Made by a program: the position numbers and the translations under genes. A stretch of 61,533 nt of DNA, filler included, from Corallochytrium limacisporum Hawaii (Eukaryota > Protista > Pluriformea), in the NCBI GenBank assembly GCA_002811645.1. It is 3 parts of 3 records of this genome, joined end to end, with 100 filler letters (N's around TTAATTAATTAA, not from the genome) between each part and the next. Parts side by side here need not be neighbours in the genome. Positions count along the whole stretch, not along the records: positions 1 to 29,908 come from PDIP01000120.1; 2 more parts are not named here. The stretch is one strand, 5' to 3'. The notes beneath the pieces are model-generated. The model did no database searches. It was not told the DNA's origin and saw nothing but the letters and a program-made list of their open reading frames with translations. Positions 1 through 10,301 of the stretch are shown piece after piece. How positions within the stretch are numbered: position 1 is the first letter of the stretch; every line of letters starts with the position of its first letter.

Positions 1-1406
1 GGCCCCAATCGTACTCTCCCCCCAGAAGTTGGCCCCCGCCTCGCTTGTGCTCTCATCCCCTCTTCCTGCCCCTACCAAGACACCCAGTACTTGTGGTGTC
101 TTGTCTTAGCTAGTCCGCCTGTCTACATCCGGACTAAAAAATCAAGTTCATATCTTCTTTTGTTCCTACATTCCGCGCCATGGAGAGAATAGATATAATA
201 CAAAAATGTAATATAGTGTTGAACATGTTGCTTATGTAGTGATACTGGCAAACACGTCTTCGGGCCAGCTACGTCAGTAGCACAAGATGTGTTAGGATGG
301 GAGTCTATTACTCCGTTTCAAAAAGATCCATCTGGTAAAGATGAGCACCCTTTTGTACACCCGACGAAACACTGACTCAGTTTAGTGTTCCCGAAAGCCC
401 GAACTCGAACCCCTATCTCAATCGATGACACAGCCTCCTCCACCCCACCCCAGCCCCAGCGAGAATGCGACACCCGGGAGTGAACAGATTTTGCCACAAT
501 GTTTTGTCGTACGTGTACTGGAAAAAAAATAAGTGGAGGTGAGCCCTAGCAAGGACCCCACGCCTGGTACTTATAAGGAAAACGAAACCTCTGACTTGCG
601 AAGCGGACACTGACGAATCCGTGCTTCGAATTTTTTTCCTTCACTTTGGCGCAGGGGGGTGATTTGACAACCTAAATTCTTCCTCATCCCTCTTGGCTAT
701 TTCCCTATGACACGGAGGTTTGGCTTGCTGTGTACTATGCACAGCACCCGCAGACACCACCAACCCGGCCACCACAGCCACCACACAGCACGGTGCACGG
801 TGGCTGATATAAGTCTCTTTCTAATGTGTCTAAGGATGTACGGCACAGAGGTTGGCTAAGCCGTTTGTGTATTGTATTTTCTGCGACATTGAAGTACAGG
901 CGGGCGTCCACAGATCCTTTCGTGTACACGTAGTACTAAGGTAACTTGCCAAAGGCGACGGGGACTTCAGAGAATGGTGTCCTGTTGAATCCCCCTTCCT
1001 TGGAGAACGCTAGCAGTGAGGAGGACGTTGGGACGGGTCTCAACCAGAACAGCACCCACCTCTCCGGGAAAGAAAGGCAGCACTCGAAATTCTCCAGTGT
1101 CCTTCCCCCTTAGCGCTTGCAAGTTTAAAATCCCCCTCTGGGGCGCCCACAGGCCAGTCCGTTTTTGGAGATAGGATTGTAATTTTGAATGATGTGTATT
1201 TGTTGTCGCTCATGAGACTCTAACCGGATGTGTATGGCACCCAGACACGCCAGCAAGTCATGGTACAAGGGAGATCACATTCAGGCGGGCTAGCAATTAG
1301 CACTCCTGATCCTATTGTAGCATTTTTATCATTACATGGTTGTGATGAAAATTCGATAGGATAGATATGCGCCGATAATGGCAAATCCATAACGTAGATA
1401 GACATC

Positions 1407-2984
1407 ATGGCTGACGTGTCCATTGACAAAGTTAAGGGATTCAAGAACCCTTACGGAGCTTCGAACTGCTTCCTTAATTGCGTGGTTCAGGTTTTGTATC
1501 GGTTGGATGAATTTCGTTGGGCATTTTCTGCCAGCAACGTAGGCGTCAATTGCCCCTGTCGTCGGGCTCAGAACGGAACCACAGATTTAGATCTTCCAGG
1601 TTGTGTTGCATGTGCCCTTCGCTTCCTTTTCGCAGAATACCGCTACGGAAAGGACAAAGTAGTCTCTACAGACCTGCTCCGGGTGGCTTTGTCTTTGAAC
1701 TACAAGAACGAAAAGAAATTCCAGATTGATGAGATGGATGATGCTTTGGAGGCCTATGGTGCTATTATGGACCGACTCCATGAGGATCAGATGAGGCAGC
1801 TAGGACGCACGGGTGAGTGTCAAGTCGGAGCCGATGATGCCTGCGTAGCCCATCGGAAGGCTTGCCTTGCTCTGGAATACGAGGCACATTGCGAGGGATG
1901 TAACTACGTGAAGAAAGTTTCGGAGATTGACACTTTCTCGTATCTCATTTCCTCCCTCCAAATGATCCCGGACGGGCCTGCGCCTACCACAAACGGAACG
2001 AACGGAATCGATGCAGCAGACAAGCGGCGGGAACGAAGCGTGTCTCCGAAACCGGACAACGCTAGACGGAAGCATCGTGATATTCGAAGCAAACTAAAAT
2101 ACCAATTCAAGAAGGTCGATAAGGCATTTGAAGAAGCAGGCAACACAATTTCAGATGCGTTTACGTTACGCGATTCGAGATCATCAAAGCCTTCTCCCAA
2201 GGATCCGAAGAAATCGTCACTCAGTTCATCACCGTCCAGCACCCCGCCGAGAGTTGATTCTCAGAACAGTAGTGGCAGTGAGCAGCCAGGGCCCCGGCAA
2301 TCAGCGTCAGGCATTCGTATGGTACGTCATCCCAAGACAGTGGAATCTGATCCACCTAAGCGCCCTTCACTAGGGAGGAGGGAATCCATTAAAATATCTC
2401 GCTTGGATCTGGATGCCAATGTGTCCCCGTTTGTGAAGGCCATCCGTGGCACGGTAGACTATGTTGCGGGGGGCAAGTGCCCAAACGGACATGATGCTGA
2501 GGTGGTAATTGCCTTGACCCATGTCCCCATCATCCTGGCTTTGGGTATTGCGTGGGATTACAACCCTTCTCCGGCGGATAAGAGGGCCGTGGCCAATGCA
2601 ATTGAGACCACACTTAACGTGACTGAGGCATTTAGTGGTACGGAACGTCGAGCGGAAACCACTCGTGTGCTTCGGGGCCTGATTTTATACTATGGCATGC
2701 ACTACATATCTGTGGCCTTTGACACTAAGCGACTAGTTTGGTATGCCTTTGACGACGATCGCGTGGTCAAGATTGGTCGGTACTTTGACGATGTGCGGAA
2801 GTACATAATAAGGAACGGTTACCAGCCGTCAGTGCTTTTCTACAGCACTGATGTATTGCGTCCTGGTTACAAACGGGAGCTTCCACCGCAGATCTCCGAC
2901 CTAAGCCTACAGTCTGTTCAGGACAAGAAGCTGATGATGCGCAAGGCCAACGAATTGATCAAGAAAGAGGGCAGGTACCGGTGA
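1407..2984 (+). CDS. USP-family deubiquitinase, USP53/USP54-like
   Basis: 525-aa ORF. Cys box GFKNPYGASNCFLNCVVQVL, Cys-rich C..C..CAL zinc element, His box YYGMHYISV, WYAFDD and terminal QPSVLFY, as in the USP53/54 subfamily. Low-complexity Ser/Pro insert in the middle. Confidence 0.8.
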   Translation: MADVSIDKVKGFKNPYGASNCFLNCVVQVLYRLDEFRWAFSASNVGVNCPCRRAQNGTTDLDLPGCVACALRFLFAEYRYGKDKVVSTDLLRVALSLNYKNEKKFQIDEMDDALEAYGAIMDRLHEDQMRQLGRTGECQVGADDACVAHRKACLALEYEAHCEGCNYVKKVSEIDTFSYLISSLQMIPDGPAPTTNGTNGIDAADKRRERSVSPKPDNARRKHRDIRSKLKYQFKKVDKAFEEAGNTISDAFTLRDSRSSKPSPKDPKKSSLSSSPSSTPPRVDSQNSSGSEQPGPRQSASGIRMVRHPKTVESDPPKRPSLGRRESIKISRLDLDANVSPFVKAIRGTVDYVAGGKCPNGHDAEVVIALTHVPIILALGIAWDYNPSPADKRAVANAIETTLNVTEAFSGTERRAETTRVLRGLILYYGMHYISVAFDTKRLVWYAFDDDRVVKIGRYFDDVRKYIIRNGYQPSVLFYSTDVLRPGYKRELPPQISDLSLQSVQDKKLMMRKANELIKKEGRYR

Positions 2985-3056
2985 ATGCTGAACATGACAA
3001 GTTATAGTGAACGTAGTATATAGTAGTAGTAAATAGGATTATGCATGAAGACTTCT

Positions 3057-4646
3057 TTAACATTCCGGTAGAAAAACTGAGGCAGTTTTGCGGAAGCGGG
3101 CGATGAAGAACCCGGGGAAGTCATCCGAGTCACGGGGATCGAAGCGAAGAACTTTGTCTGACATGTCAACACCCAACGGGTTGGCAACTTCAGGATGACT
3201 GTGGACGGAGGGCATGTCGACCGCTCTAGGTAGAAGCTCCAGGCAGTGCTTGTACTCCTCCAGCATATATTGTACCATTTCCTCATTCTCCTCGACCATG
3301 ATGGAACAGGTGGAATAGGTGAGCGTGCCACCAACCTTCAGCAGACGCAGGGCAGCCCATACAAAGTTGCGTTGCCATTTGACGTAGTGCTGGAGCTGAT
3401 CCGTAGTGTGGTGGACTACAAGTCGTGGTCGGAGTCCTGTTGCAGAGCATGGGGGGTCAAGAAGGATGCGATCAAACAGCAATTCACATGGGAAAGGACC
3501 ATGCCATTTTTTGGCACGCAACCTGGCCATGCAATCTGTGTAGTAGGCGACAGGATCATCGCCGTGTCTCACCCTTTCTCCTTCTTCTACTACTTTGGTC
3601 ATCACGCTCTGAGCTGAGTCCATGGCAAAGGCATAAAACGAGGTCATACTAGTTTCCGCACACGTATTTCGAAGTTCCCTTACCTTTGATCGACGGACAT
3701 CTGTGCCTACCAGGAAACCTTTCACATTACCTTTGGCTCTACGGTACTGTAGGGAACCAATATGTGTAAACTTTGCGCCAGGGCAGGAACACATGTCATA
3801 GATAACATCCTCAGGCTGTGGATCCACAGAGTATGCCACACAGGCGCTGGCAACGTTTTGATGGAATGTGAGTCCACGGAGAAAGCCATTGACACTAATC
3901 TGAGGATTCTCAAAGGCATGTGTACTGTTACCGTTATCGTCGCTCTGCGGGGAGAGCAGGGCATCCACTGTGACGGCCAAGCCTCTCATACCCTTGATAA
4001 TTTCCGTGCGCTCCTGAACTAGAGTGCCGATGCCCAGATACAGCAGAGCGCTGGACTCGTGGGGTAGTATATTGTAGGGTTGGGTCAGGTCCAGGACATC
4101 GATGAGGATATGCACAGGACGATTGACCTGAATGATTCGTGGGAGCACACGGATACCACCGGCGTAGATGTCAGCACCTTTGAGTACAGCCTCTCCACAC
4201 AAACGGTCAAGGATAACATAGTAGTGTCGTTGGATCGATCTCCATGCTGTCCCCACGTGACTATCCGTAGCTTTCTTGGTCACGTAGAACACGTCATCCA
4301 GACAGCTGTGAGCCCGAACTGAAACTTCTTTTCCAGAAATCTGACTTGCTGCCTTCGTAATAGCACCAAGAATGGTCTCTGAGGTGAGTTGCCATATCTC
4401 CTGACCCGGTTCCAAGACTTCTTGCCATCTTTGTGAAGTGTTACTGATGCGTATTGTGACCGGTGATGGTCTGATCAATTTGGTCCTAATCAGTTTTGCG
4501 GCACCAGGACCAAAGCTTTGCCGAAGCTTGCCTGTAAAGGCCTGACCATAGTCACCATAGCCCTCTGGCATTGGCCAGTCGTCTCCAAGTAGGAACACAT
4601 CCTGTGGGAACGGCCAGCCTTTGCGCAGACTGGGTATCCCGTCCAT
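3057..4646 (-). CDS. NSUN6: RNA m5C methyltransferase, NSUN6-like (PUA + RsmB/NOL1 domain)
   Basis: PUA-like CGEAVLKGADIYAGG, motif I DMCSCPGAK, DRILLDPPCSATGLRP (motif IV PC), TYSTCS (motif VI TC), ENEEMV and GFFIARF end. Confidence 0.85.
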   Translation of the reverse strand: MDGIPSLRKGWPFPQDVFLLGDDWPMPEGYGDYGQAFTGKLRQSFGPGAAKLIRTKLIRPSPVTIRISNTSQRWQEVLEPGQEIWQLTSETILGAITKAASQISGKEVSVRAHSCLDDVFYVTKKATDSHVGTAWRSIQRHYYVILDRLCGEAVLKGADIYAGGIRVLPRIIQVNRPVHILIDVLDLTQPYNILPHESSALLYLGIGTLVQERTEIIKGMRGLAVTVDALLSPQSDDNGNSTHAFENPQISVNGFLRGLTFHQNVASACVAYSVDPQPEDVIYDMCSCPGAKFTHIGSLQYRRAKGNVKGFLVGTDVRRSKVRELRNTCAETSMTSFYAFAMDSAQSVMTKVVEEGERVRHGDDPVAYYTDCMARLRAKKWHGPFPCELLFDRILLDPPCSATGLRPRLVVHHTTDQLQHYVKWQRNFVWAALRLLKVGGTLTYSTCSIMVEENEEMVQYMLEEYKHCLELLPRAVDMPSVHSHPEVANPLGVDMSDKVLRFDPRDSDDFPGFFIARFRKTASVFLPEC

Positions 4647-4789
4647 AACTTGATTCGAAATTACTGACGTGCCCGCGGCCAGAATCCCAGATGTCGCCGT
4701 GCACCCATGCCGTATTCAACCAAAGGTGTCGTCAGTGGTAGTGCGTAATTGAAGTAGTCTTACGGGTCTACATACGGAGCTAAAAGCCT

Positions 4790-5371
4790 TTATTTGATAT
4801 CCTTTTCAAATGTTGTGCGCGTCGGGTACTGTTCCCCTCTCCCCAGCATCTTATCTAGGAGAATGCACAGTTGTTGGTCCCGTGGAGAGCGCAGAATTTG
4901 CATCTGGGGGAATGCAGAAGTAGTACTACCACGACGCGATGACAAGCCAACTGTTAAGCCATTCGATCCCTGCGGGCTACCAGGATCACGCACTGCTTGC
5001 GTCTCGTATTGTGGCTGGGCCGGGGAGGCACGCAGTTTGCGAGCGGAGGTCACGGGGATGTCTTCAGTACTGCTACACTGGGGACTGAACGCACAAAAGA
5101 ACTGTTGAAGTGCCAACATTAGGGCAGTCTTTCCGGACGACGCACGATTGCTGTCCGGGTACACCAACAAAGGTGCACTTTCCGCAAAGATTTGTACGTC
5201 AAGATGCTCTTCCAGATATTCCCGGTATGTCACATCTCGCTGGTTAAGGTAGTTGTCAACCTGAGAAGTGACGCTGTACGAGGCTGTGCGCTGTGCATGG
5301 CGGAGATCTGCATTGGTCATCGCCCTCAAGGATGCAGCCTCAATGCGGCCGAGGCTCCCCTCGTTGCACAC
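4790..5371 (-). CDS. Probable out-of-frame C-terminal continuation of the CPLANE1-like ORF (193 codons)
   Basis: Same strand, +1 frame, overlaps the end of the upstream ORF by 32 nt. The frame is open back to about 5487, and the listed start is GTG. Confidence 0.45.
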   Translation of the reverse strand: MCNEGSLGRIEAASLRAMTNADLRHAQRTASYSVTSQVDNYLNQRDVTYREYLEEHLDVQIFAESAPLLVYPDSNRASSGKTALMLALQQFFCAFSPQCSSTEDIPVTSARKLRASPAQPQYETQAVRDPGSPQGSNGLTVGLSSRRGSTTSAFPQMQILRSPRDQQLCILLDKMLGRGEQYPTRTTFEKDIK

Positions 5372-8300
5372 GATCGGCCTCTCTGAAGAAATCCTCGAAC
5401 CGACGCTCCAAGGACCATTGAAAATCTTCCTGTACCACCTCTGGACTACGGGGTTTCTTGGCCTTGACGGGTCGGGCAGTACCTATGACCTTGTCCAGCA
5501 CCATCGGTGGCTGATAGGGATTTATCTCCCAGTCCCATAACCTATGGCGCTGTTCGACACTCTCAAAATTGGCCTGAGCATGGCGACGGGGAATGGTGTC
5601 TGCAAAGCACTCGCCTGAGGGGAAGGGAGGGGATCCAGGCCGAGGGTAACGGAAATCACGCACATTAGTGGGGCCAGATTCTGGCTGATACGGATCGGCC
5701 TGTGTCTCCATCTGTGCACCGCCGGCTGGTGATCGTACCGGTCTTTCATGCTCTAACAGATCCATGCCCATCTGCAGATCTTCCTCCTCGAGATACTCTA
5801 TGTCACTCACTGCCAAGTATCCTTTCTTGCCGTCGAGCAAGTCTTGATCGACAAGAAGTGGCTTGTTGTGGTCAATGTCAGCCTGGATGATTCGATTCAC
5901 ACTGTGTGTGGTTGGTCCGTAAACAGGTTCTGGAGTTGGATCCCGGTGAAAGTCGTCACGTCCAGCCCTAGGATCTGGTTCTCCGAGCAATAAAAGGAAA
6001 TCTTGTTCTGCCATCGGAGGTGGGCCTCGCGGCAAATCAAACAAGCGAAGCTGTTCACACGTGGGAGCAGCAGGTGACGGAGGCTTTCTCAAAATCTCTA
6101 GAGGCAGCTGCTCTTGCAACTCTTCTTGATGCTCTGCGGTGGCTGCCATGAGCATGTGGGCAGCATTATGTGTAGTACTCCACGCTGGATGACATTCCTC
6201 TGGCTCTGGATCATCATAGTGAGGTACGAGCAACTCCTCTTCATAGTCTCCGAGAAGTCGCAGAGTGGAACGTAGATGGTCCGCAGTGATGTCCAAATCC
6301 GCAACTTGTAGCTCGCTCCCTTGGTCAGAGAGAGTTTGCTTCGGCCGATATCCTTCTAGATTGATCTCATTACTGTGAGCTGTGTGTAGACGCATGAGGT
6401 AGATATCATCAATAGGCGCATAGTGTAAAGTTGGTTCCTTGAGCATGTTCACTTCTGATTGGTCTCCAGAGTGATCTGCGCTTGTTCTTCGTTCCCATCG
6501 GAGCTGCCGGCTATTTAAACCCGGTGATCTCGTTTCTTCTGCGGCACGTCCATCCTGATCCATAGTATCCCTTACCCCTGCTATGCGGTACGATCGATCA
6601 GTCTCTGTGGGTGATATGGCTGATATGGACTTGGCCAACAAATGATGTTGTGCAGATTGCTCCTCCTTCAGTTCTTTGAACGCCTGGCGAAGCTGTTGAA
6701 GAGAAGATGCGACTTCGCGGAGGTACACTTCAGTGGCCACGTTCATGACTGTCTTCTCTCGTGGCTCTTCCGCTGGTTCTGCCGCGGAGATCTTCTTTGC
6801 TGTCTTTATCGTCCGTTTGTTTTCCTTGTCGTCATCGTGTCGCATCCTTGGATGCTGCACTCGCAACAGGGCTTCGGTGGGATCGGGATGAGGGACCTGA
6901 TCCTTTGGTTTGCAGAGGAGACTAGTGATGGTCTCTGGGTCCCAAGTTTCCTTCAGTTGTTGCCGTCGCAGCCAGTACACCGAGTTCGCAAGTGCAAATC
7001 CGTCCAGCTTCAGCGTGGTTTCGTCTTCCAATCCAAACTTGCACAGACTCGTCAGTAGTTGTTTACTGTTCCTCGTTGCACCCAGAACGGTTGGCCAGTG
7101 AACAATGGGGGCCGTCTTGTCTGTCGGGAATGTCTTACGTGGAATTTCATCAATTTGGGTACCCAGAGCAGTTATGAAGTCCAGATAGGGTGGACATGTC
7201 TCAAGATAATCTTGAAGAGCAGGGATTACGAATGTGGGATTGGTGTGAGGAGAGACAGAAAATTCCATCTTTGTAGACACTCCGTGTGCCTGTTTAAAGA
7301 GCGATTTCACAGTGTCCCGTGCCTTTGCTGACAAATTTTTCATTTCCAAGACCTGACGCACTATGTGGTCAAATCCCATTGGATGCAATAACCCGCCGTA
7401 GCAAAGGAGCATGGACAGTCTTCCGACCACCTTACGCTCATATGCGCGATGTCTATCCGAAGATTCAACGCCGCCCTCGGCTCTTTTCATGGCCATTAAC
7501 ATGCGCCAATCATCTGCAAACCTGAATCGCAAATAGAAGGCATGTAGTGCAAACACAAAACTTCGGAATTCCCGATCGAAATGCCCTACATTCTGTAGGA
7601 CATTGCTGTCGTACACAGGAATGCATTGGTCATGAAGAGCGGCCCGATTGGCGTCGACAGGATGACCGATGTGTGCACGCAGTCTTTGTAGAAGTGGGTG
7701 AAACATGTCGCATTTCCTGAATGCTTCACAGAGAAGAGAGAGCCAGTAAAGAGCGCGTTTTTCTCTGGTTTGGTATGCTTCTGCAGAGTGTAACGCAGCC
7801 GTCTCAATTACTACGCACAGAGGACGGCTGGTCAAGCCGGCATTGTGCGCCTCGCTGTGGCCCGGAAGAATCGGAAGCGAGCTCATGATCAGCCTGAATT
7901 CGTATAAAATTGCCCTTGTCAGGGATCTCACAACAGATGGCATACCAGCTAGCAGACATAAATGCCAAAGCTTGGCTAATGATGTGACGTCTCGATCTGC
8001 TATGCATTTCTGTCCCAACGTCAATGCTGCAGACTTTGCCATGGTAAAGCCCATGTGTTCTTCACCTATTATTGGCGAAAGTTTTGCAAAAGTGCGGGCA
8101 ATGACAAAACTAGATCGATAGGCACCGGCTGATTCGGCAATGGCTGAACCCAGTACCCAGTCGTTCGCGAGAAGGGCAGAATTCATCGCAATACTGACAC
8201 TCCTTTGCCAACCACCAAACCGTTCGATCATGGACCTGCGACGATCATTGGAGGCATCAAGTTTCTTTGCTAGTTTTCGGAGGTATTCACGAAACATTTT

Positions 8301-10301
8301 GTCGTGAACTCTGGGCATCACCTTGACCAGGAAGTCTGGGGTTGTTGCTATGGCCAGTGAAGCTGCAAAGGCTTGGATCCATCGTAGTAGAGAACGATCC
8401 ACCACAGTCAAAAGGGGAAACTGAATATTTTCGATTGATTCCAGATCCGGGAAATCGCTATGGAACAGAAGGCGACCGGAATCCTCTACGTGCTTCTCTC
8501 CGAGGGAGAGTTCGAATCCACTGCGAATTCTGCAGCCGGCCTCAATGGCCTCCAAAAGCTGATCACAGCCATCGTCCGCTTTGATCACCTTGCGCAGCGC
8601 CTGCAGCAGTGAACTTTGTGAGAAATCTTCCAGATTGATACCTTCTGTGAGACTTTGAACAGAATCACCTTGCTCTGACCATCCTTCGCTATCCAGGGTT
8701 TCGATGTTTCTTGATGACACCAGTGAGGGGGGCCTTATCATGCCTACAATATGCTGAATTCGCGGGCCCGTGAATGCGGAGATGGCTTCTCGAAGTGCCT
8801 TGCCGCTCCTGGTGACTGATGAGCCTACCAAGGAGTGAATACGTGCGGCTAACCTTTTCTCTTGCTGTTCCATGGCCTCCTCTTTAAGGAACTTCAAAGT
8901 TACTTCCACAGACTCGAAGTAGCGCATGAGCAAGTCCTTCGAAACCAGGGCAATATACCCAGCCGGCAACGATGCTACAAACGCAAAGCCATCAAGCAAA
9001 GGTCCAATCACATCCCTGTCAAACTGATTTTCATCCATACTGGCGGGTGCTAAGTCGACCAGATCATCCTTTGCTGCATTTGCCTGCGCCAGCCGGGACA
9101 GCAAAATTGCCTCAATGGATCCGCTCTGGATGTTAAGGACAGTCATACCACTGGCATCCTTCGACGTGACCGCAGCTGTATTCTCAGCTAGAAAGGCCAG
9201 TCTGCGTGAATCATACATGCCCCTGTTAGTCTGTGCAAGCGGCCCAATGGCTTCCTTCAGTGTGTCATCTCCTTGGATCGTGGTAGGATTAAGATCCAAG
9301 GACGGCAGAATGACATTTGCAGTGTCATCAAAGAGGTGTATTGTGGACCCGAGGCGGGTCAATACACGCAGATGTCCACTATCATGCAAACACACCAACA
9401 AATAGCCGTCAGGTGAAAACTTGCAGGTTTTTACCACACCTCCATCTTCTGCATCGTACTCTATGTATGAGGTGGCCGCACTCCTGATGTCACACATTAT
9501 GATGGCTCCACGATCGGCCTCTAGTCCACTTCCCACTACAGCTACCAGACATCCCAGGGGATCCACGGCTACATCATTGAGGTCCCCAAAATCAGCCTGT
9601 AGAATATGGTCCTCTGTCTCTATGCTCCATTTATGGTCTGTCAACGACGCTGCTCTCCATGATATCCGAAGCGAGTCCTCTGCTCTGTGTAAGGTTGTTC
9701 TGGCTGCGAGTAAGATTGGGGACCTGTCAATACCCTTCACATATAGCTCCTTGGCAGCAAAGCAATTGACATCGCTTGTGGCCATTTCAGAAGGCCATAG
9801 AAAGTCCGTGATTTTCACCTCAGTGTTCTCATCAGCCTTGTCTATTAATATACCCTTTGATGCAAGAAAGACAAGGTTCCCGCTATCCGGTTCTCCTTCG
9901 AATACAAACACTTGGTACTCGTTTGCAAGCTGTGCAAGTTCGTCACCGGCACAGGACTTTGAAACACCGGTTATACCTTCTCGGGAGTATGGCATTCGTA
10001 CCACTTGGTGGTCATACGTTATTCCTACGATAAGCCCCCTAAGCACATGGATCAAACTATATGCTGACTGCAGCAAGTGGCCGCCATTGTCCGGTAACTG
10101 TAATGGATTAACCACAATCGTCTTGCCCCTACGTTCAGACAAAGTGCACAGCTCCTGATTTGCGTTCTCAACCACACAGTGTCGATATATGTCCTCAACA
10201 ATACCATGGCAATCTGCGTCTTGAACGAAAGCAATGGAGCCGGAAGCGGCACCTTCCTTTGCGGATATGCGCAACCACTGCCTGTCAACAAGTAGCACCA
10301 T
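5340..10301 (-). CDS. Large protein with N-terminal beta-propeller, CPLANE1 (C5orf42/JBTS17)-like
   Basis: About 1650-aa ORF, first in-frame ATG at 10301. VKTCKFSPDGYLLVCLHDSGHLRVLTRLGSTIHL resembles the CPLANE1 N-terminal segment as recalled (WVGDISWTHDSLFLACMLKRGSLVLLTCQGELLTL). Helical middle and disordered acidic C-terminus. Coding status is clear; the family call is tentative. Confidence 0.5.
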   Translation of the reverse strand: MVLLVDRQWLRISAKEGAASGSIAFVQDADCHGIVEDIYRHCVVENANQELCTLSERRGKTIVVNPLQLPDNGGHLLQSAYSLIHVLRGLIVGITYDHQVVRMPYSREGITGVSKSCAGDELAQLANEYQVFVFEGEPDSGNLVFLASKGILIDKADENTEVKITDFLWPSEMATSDVNCFAAKELYVKGIDRSPILLAARTTLHRAEDSLRISWRAASLTDHKWSIETEDHILQADFGDLNDVAVDPLGCLVAVVGSGLEADRGAIIMCDIRSAATSYIEYDAEDGGVVKTCKFSPDGYLLVCLHDSGHLRVLTRLGSTIHLFDDTANVILPSLDLNPTTIQGDDTLKEAIGPLAQTNRGMYDSRRLAFLAENTAAVTSKDASGMTVLNIQSGSIEAILLSRLAQANAAKDDLVDLAPASMDENQFDRDVIGPLLDGFAFVASLPAGYIALVSKDLLMRYFESVEVTLKFLKEEAMEQQEKRLAARIHSLVGSSVTRSGKALREAISAFTGPRIQHIVGMIRPPSLVSSRNIETLDSEGWSEQGDSVQSLTEGINLEDFSQSSLLQALRKVIKADDGCDQLLEAIEAGCRIRSGFELSLGEKHVEDSGRLLFHSDFPDLESIENIQFPLLTVVDRSLLRWIQAFAASLAIATTPDFLVKVMPRVHDKMFREYLRKLAKKLDASNDRRRSMIERFGGWQRSVSIAMNSALLANDWVLGSAIAESAGAYRSSFVIARTFAKLSPIIGEEHMGFTMAKSAALTLGQKCIADRDVTSLAKLWHLCLLAGMPSVVRSLTRAILYEFRLIMSSLPILPGHSEAHNAGLTSRPLCVVIETAALHSAEAYQTREKRALYWLSLLCEAFRKCDMFHPLLQRLRAHIGHPVDANRAALHDQCIPVYDSNVLQNVGHFDREFRSFVFALHAFYLRFRFADDWRMLMAMKRAEGGVESSDRHRAYERKVVGRLSMLLCYGGLLHPMGFDHIVRQVLEMKNLSAKARDTVKSLFKQAHGVSTKMEFSVSPHTNPTFVIPALQDYLETCPPYLDFITALGTQIDEIPRKTFPTDKTAPIVHWPTVLGATRNSKQLLTSLCKFGLEDETTLKLDGFALANSVYWLRRQQLKETWDPETITSLLCKPKDQVPHPDPTEALLRVQHPRMRHDDDKENKRTIKTAKKISAAEPAEEPREKTVMNVATEVYLREVASSLQQLRQAFKELKEEQSAQHHLLAKSISAISPTETDRSYRIAGVRDTMDQDGRAAEETRSPGLNSRQLRWERRTSADHSGDQSEVNMLKEPTLHYAPIDDIYLMRLHTAHSNEINLEGYRPKQTLSDQGSELQVADLDITADHLRSTLRLLGDYEEELLVPHYDDPEPEECHPAWSTTHNAAHMLMAATAEHQEELQEQLPLEILRKPPSPAAPTCEQLRLFDLPRGPPPMAEQDFLLLLGEPDPRAGRDDFHRDPTPEPVYGPTTHSVNRIIQADIDHNKPLLVDQDLLDGKKGYLAVSDIEYLEEEDLQMGMDLLEHERPVRSPAGGAQMETQADPYQPESGPTNVRDFRYPRPGSPPFPSGECFADTIPRRHAQANFESVEQRHRLWDWEINPYQPPMVLDKVIGTARPVKAKKPRSPEVVQEDFQWSLERRFEDFFREADRVQRGEPRPH

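Noticed and set aside
385-420. GGTTCGAG T-loop/B-box-like motif on the minus strand (also GGTTCGAT near 18112)
   Set aside because: Fails the full GTTCRANNC consensus; no cloverleaf, A box or T-run terminator, so no tRNA or vault RNA is called.
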